Of a stretch of 64,000 nucleotides of DNA, positions 18,499 to 27,335 are shown one piece after another. A program made the translations under genes and the position numbers. Each line of letters starts with the position of its first letter. The stretch's first letter is position 1. The DNA lies in the NCBI GenBank assembly GCA_029288895.1, contig JARIGK010000002.1:29545-93544 (forward strand), read 5' to 3'. The notes below the pieces were generated by a model, which did no database searches, was not told the DNA's origin, and saw nothing but the letters and a program-made list of their open reading frames with translations. The DNA comes from Candidatus Adlerbacteria bacterium (GTDB taxonomy: Bacteria > Patescibacteriota > Minisyncoccia > Phycocordibacterales > SBAW01).

Positions 18499-19800
18499 TT
18501 AGTGCGCGTTTTGCGCCAAGCCTTGTGCGTACTGCTGCCACCAGGTACCTGCTGAGGGGCCGCCATTGCAGTAGCCATCGCTTTCTCCTGGGGTTTTGAC
18601 CCACAAGTAGGCGTCAACAAGTGCGTTGCCCGTTGATGTGGTTGGGGCTTGGCCAATTGCGCGGCCAGATGGGTTGCACCAGTCGCCGTTTGAACCATTG
18701 CCGTTGCGGCTTGTGTCGATAATGAAGTGCGATGTTTTACCAATTTTCTGCTGGAGGGCTGCGCTAATCTGCGAGCCGTACGATGCTTCGCTTGCAGTGC
18801 CGTCGAAGTTGGAGACATTCAACGAGAAGCCATCCGCTTGCGCAATATTTGCAGCTGCGAGACGGCCTGCCATAACAGATGGGTCGTTCCATCCAGAGTG
18901 GCCGGCATCAAGGTAGACCTTTGTGTTTCCGTTTTGCTTCAAGATCTGCACCGCTTGGCTCAAAAGCGAGTAGCGCGTGCTTTGGTCGCCTGAGGAGAGG
19001 CACGTGATATTTGCGAGCGCGTCAGGCTCCAAGATAACGGTTGCAGGAGATGAGCCAATGCCTGAAGCAAGAGAGCGGATCCAATTTATATAGTTTGATT
19101 GGCTTGTGCCGCCCGATGAATACCCACCGCAGTCGCGGCCTGGGATGTCGTAGGCAACCATCACGGCATTTTTACCTCCTGCGTTTGCGACAAGCGAGTG
19201 GGCATCGTTTTGGATATTCGAATTCCAATCACCAAACCATGTTGCAACTGGTTGCGATGCCAATGCTTGGATGCCGCTCTTCGCTACGCTTGTATTCGGG
19301 TTTACATAGAAACCGTTTGTAGAGAATTGAACAGGGCTCTGCAGCGTAAAAGTCTGCGTAGGCTGAACAGCAGTTACTGTTGGAAACGATGCTGGCGCCA
19401 CAGTTGCTGGTTGGTCGATGTAGATCTGCTCAGACTGCTGAGCGATAACCGCGCCGTTTTTGCGCTCGATAAAGTTAATAGTATATGGGCCTGAGCCGCG
19501 CCAGTTCCATCCGGAGACATTTACGCTTGCCTCTTTGTGCTGGTAGTCGGTGTAGTTGTTGTCCATGGGGACCCACTGCCCGCCGTCGACTTGCCAAAAC
19601 ATGTCGTACTGGGAGACGTCGGTGCCCGGCACCATTGCCTTAAATGGCTGCGTGCCGGTAACATGGGCGCCATTGGTTGGCCACCAGACGTTAACGTCCG
19701 ACGCAGCAGTCACAAGCGGCAAGCCATAGAGATAGATTGATAACGCTATTGTTAAGAGTGTGAGAACTCGCACCTTCTTCACGTTATGTACAGTTTTCAT
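18499..19800 (-). CDS. Secreted glycoside hydrolase family 6 (cellulase/cellobiohydrolase-like) with a novel ~95-aa N-terminal module.
   Basis: Signal peptide MKTVHNVKKVRVLTLLTIALSIYLYGLPLVTAAS. GH6 motifs ILEPDALANI and DAYLWVKTPGESDG. The ORF track extends to 19905; the internal start at 19800 is preferred because of the signal peptide. Confidence 0.75.
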   Translation of the reverse strand: MKTVHNVKKVRVLTLLTIALSIYLYGLPLVTAASDVNVWWPTNGAHVTGTQPFKAMVPGTDVSQYDMFWQVDGGQWVPMDNNYTDYQHKEASVNVSGWNWRGSGPYTINFIERKNGAVIAQQSEQIYIDQPATVAPASFPTVTAVQPTQTFTLQSPVQFSTNGFYVNPNTSVAKSGIQALASQPVATWFGDWNSNIQNDAHSLVANAGGKNAVMVAYDIPGRDCGGYSSGGTSQSNYINWIRSLASGIGSSPATVILEPDALANITCLSSGDQSTRYSLLSQAVQILKQNGNTKVYLDAGHSGWNDPSVMAGRLAAANIAQADGFSLNVSNFDGTASEASYGSQISAALQQKIGKTSHFIIDTSRNGNGSNGDWCNPSGRAIGQAPTTSTGNALVDAYLWVKTPGESDGYCNGGPSAGTWWQQYAQGLAQNAH

Positions 19801-19977
19801 AACTTCACGAGTATAAAGATCTCGTTCCCTTGACCGCAACGCACTTCCTATCCCACAGTCAAAAATTTTCAAATCGTTGTTCTCTGTAATGCTCAAAAAC
19901 TTCATGAACCAACATGACGTTTTAACAATAGCGCATTAGCAATTCATCATCTGTGGATGAGATTTTCTTGCGTTATA

Positions 19978-20012
19978 AAAAATCCCCTGAGCGGGGATTT
20001 TTCTTGTATGTT
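19978..20012 (-). terminator. Rho-independent terminator (AAAATCCCC-TGAGC-GGGGATTTT) for the minus gene ending at 20021.
   Basis: 9-bp GC-rich stem followed by TTTTTTAT on the minus strand. Confidence 0.55.
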
Positions 20013-20020
20013 CTCTTTTT

Positions 20021-20407
20021 TTACTGCGCGCGCTTCCCTGCTTCCATGATAGGGATGTTCGCTTCTGTGGGCACGTAGATGACAGAGCTTTCTGGGCGCT
20101 CTTCCATCATTTTGATCCACTGCCATTTTAGGTAGAGATCGTGCTGTGTAAGCGTTTTGCCTATTGTTTCTATCTGGGTAGCCACAGCTTCTGCCTCGAT
20201 AATTGCGGCTTGCTTGTTGATGGTTGCAGCGTCCAAACGGCCTTGGGCTTTCGACACCTGAATTTGCTGTTCCTTATGAGCCTGCTGCAAATCAGCCTCG
20301 CCCTGCTTTTGCTGTGCCCATACGCGCCACACCGGTGCGCCAAACAACGCCCACAAAATAAGAACGGCGACTAACACTACCGGCCAAAATACAATTGAAA
20401 TATCCAT
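20021..20407 (-). CDS. Hypothetical membrane-anchored coiled-coil protein (128 aa).
   Basis: N-terminal TM (ISIVFWPVVLVAVLILWALFGA), then a Q/A-rich coiled coil. No family recognised. Confidence 0.45.
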   Translation of the reverse strand: MDISIVFWPVVLVAVLILWALFGAPVWRVWAQQKQGEADLQQAHKEQQIQVSKAQGRLDAATINKQAAIIEAEAVATQIETIGKTLTQHDLYLKWQWIKMMEERPESSVIYVPTEANIPIMEAGKRAQ

Positions 20408-20510
20408 ATAAAGAGTGAGTAATTATTGGTACGGCTCTATTGTACCAAACTGCTAATTTTTAAAACAAAAAACTCCCTGAAGGGAGCCTTTTGAATTGAA
20501 TGTGAGAGAT

Positions 20511-20924
20511 TTAGCGCTTCGACCACTGCTTGCGCTTGCGAGCTTTGACGAGGCCTGGCTTCTTGCGCTCCTTTGCACGTGGGTCGCGCTTGAGGAAGCC
20601 TTCCTTTTTAAGGGTGCCGCGGAGGTTTTTGTCGTAGTCGATGAGTGCGCGCGAGATTGCGTGGCGAACTGCTGTTGCCTGGCCAGCGATACCGCCGCCC
20701 GAAACAACAACTGTTACATCAAACTGCGTGCCCAATGCCACTTTGAGGAATGCCTCAAGTGCCACCGTGCGGAGTGCGTCGGTATCAAAATACTTGTTGA
20801 TGTCCTTGCCGTTGATGACAACAGAAGTCTTTGCCGACGGCGTGATGCGTGCGCGTGCAATAGCTGTCTTGCGGCGGCCGACTGCTTCAATGTATTTTTC
20901 TGCTGTTTTTGTTGCGGTTGCCAT
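20511..20924 (-). CDS. rpsI: 30S ribosomal protein S9.
   Basis: C-terminal GGGIAGQATAVRHAISRAL...KRDPRAKERKKPG..KARKR..SKR is diagnostic. Confidence 0.9.
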   Translation of the reverse strand: MATATKTAEKYIEAVGRRKTAIARARITPSAKTSVVINGKDINKYFDTDALRTVALEAFLKVALGTQFDVTVVVSGGGIAGQATAVRHAISRALIDYDKNLRGTLKKEGFLKRDPRAKERKKPGLVKARKRKQWSKR

Positions 20925-20925
20925 A

Positions 20926-21285
20926 TTACTTTTCTATCGTGAGGTTCTTGATGCGCTTTGCCTGGAGGCGGTTCTTCGGCAACATGCCGAGGACTGCGCG
21001 GCGGATAGCTTCTTCCTGGCCACGGCGCGCCGTGAGCATAGCATAGCTTTCCTCCTTCTGCCCACCCGGGTAGCCCGAGTAGCGGACGTAGGTCTTGTCG
21101 CCTTCCTTTGCGCCCGAAATTTTTACTTTCGAGGCATTGATGATGCTGACCTTTTCATCAGCAACAAGGTTCTTTGCGAACGATGCCGAGTGTTTGCCGA
21201 GCAGCGCCTTAGCCGCAGCTGATGCTACGCGTCCAAGAGTTTTGCCGTTTGCGTCGATGGTAATCATAAATTTATACGAACTCAA
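20926..21285 (-). CDS. rplM: 50S ribosomal protein L13.
   Basis: IDANGKTLGRVAS...LLGKH...YSGYPGG motifs. The start overlaps the 3' end of rplQ by about 14 nt. Confidence 0.9.
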   Translation of the reverse strand: MSSYKFMITIDANGKTLGRVASAAAKALLGKHSASFAKNLVADEKVSIINASKVKISGAKEGDKTYVRYSGYPGGQKEESYAMLTARRGQEEAIRRAVLGMLPKNRLQAKRIKNLTIEK

Positions 21286-21619
21286 TTACTGCCATAGCTG
21301 CGCCATCCCCTTTGCGTGGGCCCATCTTTGTGATGCGGAGATAGCCGCCGTTGCGCTCTGTGTAGTTTTCTGCGGTCTTGATGAGCTTGGTTGCAGTTGA
21401 TGCATCGCCAAGGGCCGAAATAAGCATGCGGCGATTTGCCACAGATGCTACTTTGCCGCGGGTGATCATCTTTTCGACGAGCGGGCGAATTTCCTTCGCA
21501 CGAGCCTCAGTCGTTTTGATTTTGCCCTTGATGACGAGCGAACGCGCCAAAGACTTCAGCAATGCAGAGCGCTGATTGGTGGGGCGACCGAATTTTCTGA
21601 CGTTGTTTCCGTGGCGCAT
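21272..21619 (-). CDS. rplQ: 50S ribosomal protein L17.
   Basis: MRHGNNVRKFGRPTNQRSALLKSLARSLV... is the typical L17 N-terminus. Confidence 0.9.
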   Translation of the reverse strand: MRHGNNVRKFGRPTNQRSALLKSLARSLVIKGKIKTTEARAKEIRPLVEKMITRGKVASVANRRMLISALGDASTATKLIKTAENYTERNGGYLRITKMGPRKGDGAAMAVIEFV

Positions 21620-21637
21620 AATACTGACTTACTTCTA

Positions 21638-22603
21638 TTACTTAAGGATGATGCCGAAGTTTGCGAGTGCGCGCTTGACCTCCTGGATCGATTTTGGACC
21701 CAAGCCGTCAATTTCGAGCAAATCTGCCTCCTTCTTGCGTGCCAAACCGCCGACAGTGCGGATGTTTGCCTTCTCGAGTGCCGAGATAGTGCGTGCCGAG
21801 AAGTCCAAATCTTCGATGCGGGTCTTCAATGCATCTGCATTTGCCTCGCTCGGAGCTTCTGCACTCTGCGGTGCGACCATTGCAGCTGATGTCGGAAGTT
21901 CTTCCTCACGGAAGCCAACAACCGCTTTAAGCTGTGTGATCATCACCTCGATCGACTGCTCCAATGCTGCGCGAGGAGTAATGGTGCCGTCGGTCTCAAT
22001 AGAAATGCGGAGGCGGTTAAAGTCGGTGCGGTCGCCAACGCGCATGTTTTCCACCTCGTAGTTTACGCGGCGGATAGGAGAAAAGATTGCATCAACAGAG
22101 ATCTCGCCGATTTCGACGCGCTCTTTCTTAAGCGCTTCGCGCGGGACGTAGCCCAAACCGCGTTCGATGCGGAATTCTGCTTCAAGCGATGCATTCTTGT
22201 CGGTAAGCTCGCAGATGTATGAGTTCGGGTTAAGCAAGCGGACCTGGCCAGGAACATTCAAATCTGCACCTGATACTTTCTTCGGGCCTTTTGCCGAGAT
22301 GGTAACCGTCTGCGGCTCGCCGGTGAGCATTTCAAAGCGGAGCTTCTTCAAGTTCAAAAGGATAGTAACGACATCTTCGCGGACGCCGTCCATAGTCGAG
22401 AACTCATGTTCGACGCCATCGATCTTAACCGAGGTAATAGCTGCGCCCGGGAGTGACGAAAGGATGATGCGGCGGAGGCTGTTGCCCAAGGTATGACCGT
22501 AGCCCGGATAGAGACCATCTATCTCATACGTGCCCGAATGCTCCTCTTCGGAGGTGATGCGAGGCTTGCTCGGCAGTGTGATTGAATATTCCATCATAGA
22601 CAA
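21638..22603 (-). CDS. rpoA: DNA-directed RNA polymerase alpha subunit.
   Basis: 321 aa with N-terminal dimerisation/assembly domains and a C-terminal domain (DLDFSARTISALEKANIRTVGGL). Confidence 0.92.
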   Translation of the reverse strand: MSMMEYSITLPSKPRITSEEEHSGTYEIDGLYPGYGHTLGNSLRRIILSSLPGAAITSVKIDGVEHEFSTMDGVREDVVTILLNLKKLRFEMLTGEPQTVTISAKGPKKVSGADLNVPGQVRLLNPNSYICELTDKNASLEAEFRIERGLGYVPREALKKERVEIGEISVDAIFSPIRRVNYEVENMRVGDRTDFNRLRISIETDGTITPRAALEQSIEVMITQLKAVVGFREEELPTSAAMVAPQSAEAPSEANADALKTRIEDLDFSARTISALEKANIRTVGGLARKKEADLLEIDGLGPKSIQEVKRALANFGIILK

Positions 22604-22642
22604 TACAAAATTACTGGGTAATTAATAAAACAAAATAAAATG

Positions 22643-23257
22643 TTAGCGGCTGTAGAACTGGATGATGACTGCCGGGTTGAATGGGCTCTCCGTTTCGCCT
22701 ACTGAAGGGGTGGCAATAACCTTGAACGAAAGGCCACCCTCTTCAAACTGCATCCATACTGGAGTCTTCTGTTCTGCCATCTGCTCGCTGCGATTTGCGA
22801 AAAGTGCGCTGCCACGGCTTTCCTGGCGGATAGCGACGGTATCACCTTCCATCACTTTGTGCGAAGGGATAGTCATACGCTTGCCATTAACGGTAACGTG
22901 GCCGTGGCTTACAAGCTGGCGTGCTGCGCGGCGAGTCTTGGTGAGGCCTGCGCGCCACACAACGTTGTCGAGGCGGCTTTCGAGGCGCGACATAAGTGCC
23001 ATAGTGCTCTGTGCACCTTTCTTCTCCATCGCTTCGTGTACGTAGCGAGAGAACTGGCTTTCAGTAAGGCCGTACGTAAAACGAGCCTTCTGCTTTTCCA
23101 AAAGCTGTGCGCCGAAGTCAGTACCACCGCCACGCTTTGGGCGTGCCGAGCGGCGCGGTGCGCGTGCTTCCGCGGTCTGGAACTTCGCAGTCTGGCATTT
23201 TTCAAATACCGATGCTCCGAGGCGCTTGCAGATTTTGTACTTAGGTCCTACCAACAT
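22643..23257 (-). CDS. rpsD: 30S ribosomal protein S4.
   Basis: N-terminal KYKICKRLG and a C-terminal S4 RNA-binding domain. Confidence 0.9.
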   Translation of the reverse strand: MLVGPKYKICKRLGASVFEKCQTAKFQTAEARAPRRSARPKRGGGTDFGAQLLEKQKARFTYGLTESQFSRYVHEAMEKKGAQSTMALMSRLESRLDNVVWRAGLTKTRRAARQLVSHGHVTVNGKRMTIPSHKVMEGDTVAIRQESRGSALFANRSEQMAEQKTPVWMQFEEGGLSFKVIATPSVGETESPFNPAVIIQFYSR

Positions 23258-23284
23258 AAATGAAATAATTTAGATAACTAGAAA

Positions 23285-23710
23285 TTAGACGCGGCGAGGC
23301 TTCGGCGGGCGTGGGCCGTTGTGCGGAACTGGGGTGGTGTCTTTGATGCTCGTGATGTGGATGCCCTTGCTTGCAAATGCGCGAATAGCAGACTCGCGGC
23401 CAGAACCAACGCCTGACACAACGACAGCTACTTCTTTGAGGCCCATTGCAGCGCCTTTGTCGGCGAGCAATTCGCCTACTTTTGCAGCTGCAAACGGAGT
23501 GCCTTTCTTTGCACCAGCAAAGCCAAGGCTGCCCGACGATGACCATGCGACGATATTGCCGCGGTCATCAGTAATAGAGACCTTGGTGTTGTTGTAGGTT
23601 GCTTCGACGTAGAGCTTGCCCGAGTCCAATTTGCGGCGTGATGACGCGCGCGAAGAGCCGCCCTTTGCGGAATCGTCCCCACCCTTTTTGACTATTCGTT
23701 TCTTACCCAT
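23285..23710 (-). CDS. rpsK: 30S ribosomal protein S11.
   Basis: The conserved S11 core is present, ending in the ...PHNGPRPPKPRR tail. Confidence 0.9.
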   Translation of the reverse strand: MGKKRIVKKGGDDSAKGGSSRASSRRKLDSGKLYVEATYNNTKVSITDDRGNIVAWSSSGSLGFAGAKKGTPFAAAKVGELLADKGAAMGLKEVAVVVSGVGSGRESAIRAFASKGIHITSIKDTTPVPHNGPRPPKPRRV

Positions 23711-23739
23711 AGGATTAAGTCAGTATATTACAATATATT

Positions 23740-24117
23740 TTAAGTCTTTTCAACCTTGCGACGACCCGAGCCCATGGTCTTGCGGACGTTGCCACGAACA
23801 GTGCGGGAGTTAGTTTTGGTGCGCTGGCCGCGAACTGGGAGCTTCTTTGAGTGGCGGTAGCCGCGGTTTGAGCCGATATCCTTCAAGCGTTTGATGTTGC
23901 CTGCGACTTCGCGCTTCAAATCACCTTCCAATTTAAAGGTCTCGATGATTGCGCGGAGCTTGTTTTCTTCCTCTGCAGTAAGTTCGTCTGCTTTTTTGAC
24001 AGGGTCAACCTTTGCATCTGCACAAATATTCTTTGCGCGTGAAATACCAATACCGTAGAGCGCCGTAAGAGCGTACTGAGTTTGTTTATTCGGAAGTGTG
24101 ATACCTGATATACGCAT
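23740..24117 (-). CDS. rpsM: 30S ribosomal protein S13.
   Basis: MRISGITLP...ALTALYGIG...RGYRH are typical S13 motifs. Confidence 0.9.
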   Translation of the reverse strand: MRISGITLPNKQTQYALTALYGIGISRAKNICADAKVDPVKKADELTAEEENKLRAIIETFKLEGDLKREVAGNIKRLKDIGSNRGYRHSKKLPVRGQRTKTNSRTVRGNVRKTMGSGRRKVEKT

Positions 24118-24129
24118 ATAAAAAATGAG

Positions 24130-24243
24130 TTAGCCCTGGCGCTGCTTGTGGCGCGGGTTGCTGCATACAACATACACCCGCCCTTTCCGGCGGAGCATTT
24201 TGCAGTTCGCACAACGTACTTTTAGGGATGCTTTGATCTTCAC
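24130..24243 (-). CDS. rpmJ: 50S ribosomal protein L36 (GTG start).
   Basis: Manual translation gives [37 protein letters not shown] (37 aa, C..C..C..H zinc ribbon). It is not in the ORF track because it is below the length cutoff. Confidence 0.75.
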   Translation of the reverse strand: MKIKASLKVRCANCKMLRRKGRVYVVCSNPRHKQRQG

Positions 24244-24249
24244 GTGTGT

Positions 24250-24459
24250 TTACAGTCGGCGCGTGATACGTGCCTTGCCGCCGTAGGGGTCGAGTTTCAT
24301 AAGTACTTTGTCCCCGACTAGCACTTTGATGCGATGTAAACGCATCTTGCCAGCCAGGTATGCAAGCACCACCTCACCTGAATCAAGCGACACGCGGAAA
24401 AGCGTGTTTGGTAGAGCTTCTTCTACCGTGCCCTGTGTTTCTGGTGTAGCGTTCTCCAT
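24250..24459 (-). CDS. infA: Translation initiation factor IF-1.
   Basis: 69 aa S1-like OB fold (GTVEEALPNTLFRVSLDSGEVVLAYLAGKMR...), at the canonical position next to rpmJ. Confidence 0.85.
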   Translation of the reverse strand: MENATPETQGTVEEALPNTLFRVSLDSGEVVLAYLAGKMRLHRIKVLVGDKVLMKLDPYGGKARITRRL

Positions 24460-24494
24460 TACCCTGCGGTGTGAAAGCTATAGTAGCAGATACC

Positions 24495-25766
24495 CTATTC
24501 TGCGTCAACGGTGACCTGAAGTTTGGAGGAATCAGTTGGGAAGGTTGTCTTCCAGAAGGGGCGGATGCTTGCCTGGGCCTTCTCTATCGCAGGCGAGAAT
24601 TGCTGGACTACAGACTGAAAGGCGCTTTTGTCTTTACCAAGGAGTGCTGTTTTGAGGGCGTCCTGGTCAAATTGCCATACCAAGGTTGGGCTGCCCTGGA
24701 GCAAAAGGGTCAACGGTCCAGTATTTACAGGGGTTTTTGAGGTGCTTGTTGCAAGCTGGAGGATAAGCGGGTTTGGGGTCGCAAAATCGACATTCTCCCC
24801 GGCGTAGCCTTGGACGAGCAGCTTTGCGAGTGCAGATGCCAGGTCGGCGCTTTTTACAATTGCCAAGGTTGCGTTGGCTGTTTGCGTAAGGCTAACTTTT
24901 CCGCCATCAACAGGGCTCTGGGCAATTGCGCTGTAGGTAATCGCAAGCGAGCCTTGGACGGGCAAAAAGTTTTCGGGTACCGAGTTGCCGGACGCAGAGC
25001 TCAATGCTGCATCAAGTTGGCTCTTGAGTGTGTCCTCTGCTTTTTGCATATCAGCATCGGTGATGCCAGCCTGGTCGCCGACAAACCCGCCCGTGATATC
25101 TGCTGTCGACTGAGCTGTAATTTTGGTGTAACGCGCATCGCCCTTAAAACCTGGGATAGTAAACGATGTTGGGCCTGTGCGGTTATAGTCTGCCCCTGGC
25201 GCATCGGCGTAGATAGTTGCGACAACGGTGCCTGCGGTGAAGGTTCCGTCAGCCTTTTTCTTGCCGCCGGGGACAGTTACTGCGCTGTGGATGCGGTAGA
25301 TCTTGCCGTCTGCTGCTGCAAAACGAGTGTTTGCGATAAGTGCCTGCGGCGCTGCGCTAAAGGTATTGGAAATAGTGACGGCGCCGCTCGCCTGTTTCGA
25401 GATATGCTGCGTGCCTGATGCCGAAACGGCCGTCGTTGCCGACTGCGAAAGAGACACTGTTTGGTAGCCAAGGCTGCCGCTTGGCGCATTTGGTGCCGCG
25501 GTGAGATTTGCTGGCGGGTTTACGCTCTGCATCTTAGGCGTAATGGTTACTGTCGCGCCTGCAAAGAGTGTCGAAAGCAAAAGGCCCGCAATAGCGCAAA
25601 CTACAACAACCGCAACTGTTATCCAGAGCCAACGGCGCGAGCGCTTTCTTCGTTTAGGCAAAGGGATGTCGCCTGGGAAGCGTTCTGGGTTGGAACGGCG
25701 GTGGCTGCCGCCCGAAACAGGGATGTTGCGGATCGAGCGTTCGCCCGGTGGAGTCATGTCTTTCAT
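24495..25766 (-). CDS. Hypothetical bitopic membrane protein (423 aa): basic cytoplasmic N-terminus, one TM, large Ala/Thr/Ser-rich extracytoplasmic domain. It may be a PilN/PilO-like partner of the upstream PilM-like gene.
   Basis: N-terminal KRRKRSRRWLWITVAVVVVCAIAGLLL, and no enzymatic motifs. Its position directly downstream of the actin-like ATPase is the only support for the PilN/O idea. Confidence 0.45.
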   Translation of the reverse strand: MKDMTPPGERSIRNIPVSGGSHRRSNPERFPGDIPLPKRRKRSRRWLWITVAVVVVCAIAGLLLSTLFAGATVTITPKMQSVNPPANLTAAPNAPSGSLGYQTVSLSQSATTAVSASGTQHISKQASGAVTISNTFSAAPQALIANTRFAAADGKIYRIHSAVTVPGGKKKADGTFTAGTVVATIYADAPGADYNRTGPTSFTIPGFKGDARYTKITAQSTADITGGFVGDQAGITDADMQKAEDTLKSQLDAALSSASGNSVPENFLPVQGSLAITYSAIAQSPVDGGKVSLTQTANATLAIVKSADLASALAKLLVQGYAGENVDFATPNPLILQLATSTSKTPVNTGPLTLLLQGSPTLVWQFDQDALKTALLGKDKSAFQSVVQQFSPAIEKAQASIRPFWKTTFPTDSSKLQVTVDAE

Positions 25767-25784
25767 ATATTCAATATATCACTT

Positions 25785-26771
25785 CTAAATACCATCGATA
25801 AAAAGGGCTTCTATCATGCATGCAAGGTCGGGTTTTGTTGCGTGTGCCGCCAAGTGCGGTGCCAAGTGGTGCGTGTGGAGGGCCTGGATCGTGGTGCCTT
25901 CATCAAAGGTGGAGGAAAGGTCGTTTGTCCCGAGGTTTTGTGCTACCCATTCCCCCACTGGCTCGCGGGCAATAACGAGGATGCCGCCCACAGGCGTGTG
26001 TGCAACAAGCGGCTTAGCTGCCGTATTAAACATCGAGGCAAACTCGTTGCTTGATGCATACAAGGCTTCTTCGGCTGGCGTTTCGTGGCGCGTCATGCGC
26101 GAAAGGCGCAAAAGCGACTGTGCTTCTGCGGGGCTGTAGCCTCCGTGCGTACGCAATGTGCGGGTAAACAAATTGGAACCAAGCGGCATGGTTGCGTGTG
26201 CAAGCACCTGGCCGCCATCAACAATAGACAGTTCGCTTACTTCGCCGTGTACTGCACACAACAAAAGTGGTGGAATATTTTGGAAAAGCTTGCCTGTTGC
26301 GTGTGCAGATGCAACGCCTGCTGCATGGAAGGAGGCTGGCGTTGTGCCAAACGTGTCGAGCAGCGCTTTACGCACTTCGTCTTGCAGTGCTTTTTCAATT
26401 GTCCAGTTCAATGTGTGGCCCGAGATACTTGGCAGCGCCCACGGCGATGCGACAAATACGGAAATTGCACTCACCTCGCCTACGGGCGCCAACTTTTGGT
26501 GGTTGCGCATGCGTGCGGCCACAATGGCGGTGCGCGAAAGTGCTTCGCGGAGGGCTTTATCAGTTTCTTTAAGTAATTTCTCGGCAGAGAGGGTCTGTAT
26601 GTTCGAAAATGCAACGCGTGTTTCAGCAAAAAGCTTCGGTTGTTTGCCGGGCGTAATTCGCACCAGCCCCGCGCCAACGGAGCCGTTTTCAATATCAACA
26701 ATGAGCACTGTCTTTTCAGCGGGAACTTTTTTTGTCCCGAACAGCCCTGCCATATAAATAAAAGTATACAC
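25785..26771 (-). CDS. Actin/HSP70-fold ATPase-like protein, PilM/FtsA-like (putative type IV pilus assembly protein PilM).
   Basis: N-terminal phosphate-1 region TVLIVDIENGSVGAGLVRI, about 320 aa, followed by a bitopic membrane gene. Similarity to PilM rather than FtsA is not proven. Confidence 0.4.
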   Translation of the reverse strand: MYTFIYMAGLFGTKKVPAEKTVLIVDIENGSVGAGLVRITPGKQPKLFAETRVAFSNIQTLSAEKLLKETDKALREALSRTAIVAARMRNHQKLAPVGEVSAISVFVASPWALPSISGHTLNWTIEKALQDEVRKALLDTFGTTPASFHAAGVASAHATGKLFQNIPPLLLCAVHGEVSELSIVDGGQVLAHATMPLGSNLFTRTLRTHGGYSPAEAQSLLRLSRMTRHETPAEEALYASSNEFASMFNTAAKPLVAHTPVGGILVIAREPVGEWVAQNLGTNDLSSTFDEGTTIQALHTHHLAPHLAAHATKPDLACMIEALFIDGI

Positions 26772-26852
26772 CCGTAAAAATCACAGAGGCCGCACATTTG
26801 ACAAATGCTCTAATTTATCATAAAAACAATACAGAAATGGAGGACGTGTTCG

Positions 26853-27287
26853 ATGGTTTACAGAATCAAGCTGCGTGAGGATAAGGCGATCGAGGGATAT
26901 CGATACATCAACCGACACCCTACCACTGTGGCTGTCAGCAAGACTGGTGAAGTGTATGCTGCCGGGCATAAGTTTGCTTTTGGCAGAGTGGTGATTGTTG
27001 TTTTCGAGCGGCACAGCACCCTTGCGCTGCTTGGAGACGCTGGCCGTCTTGTTTTGGTAAATGATGTGAGCTCGAAGGCAGACGACATCATGCGGGACTT
27101 CGAAGAGCTCTACAAAACCTACGTCGCGCAGACGCGCAAGACGCGGGAGAATGCCAAAGCTGCGCTCGAGGCTTTCTGGGTGAAGAGGCTGGCGCCAGAG
27201 TTGCATCAGCATCTCTATCCAGGATTTACACAGCCCTCGCCGGAGGTGAGCTTCGCCAAAATGACTACCTTCGTCCTCCAGAGGTAG
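26853..27287 (+). CDS. Hypothetical protein (144 aa).
   Basis: GGAGG SD 9 nt upstream, and the terminator below follows. No family recognised. Confidence 0.5.
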   Translation: MVYRIKLREDKAIEGYRYINRHPTTVAVSKTGEVYAAGHKFAFGRVVIVVFERHSTLALLGDAGRLVLVNDVSSKADDIMRDFEELYKTYVAQTRKTRENAKAALEAFWVKRLAPELHQHLYPGFTQPSPEVSFAKMTTFVLQR

Positions 27288-27295
27288 GACGACCG

Positions 27296-27335
27296 TCCCG
27301 CGCACAACCTGCGCGGGTTTTTTCTTTTTATTCCA
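27296..27335 (+). terminator. Rho-independent terminator CCCGCGCACAACCTGCGCGGG plus TTTTTTCTTTTT.
   Basis: 7-bp GC stem and a U-tract. It also lies at the 3' end of the convergent alaS. Confidence 0.55.
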
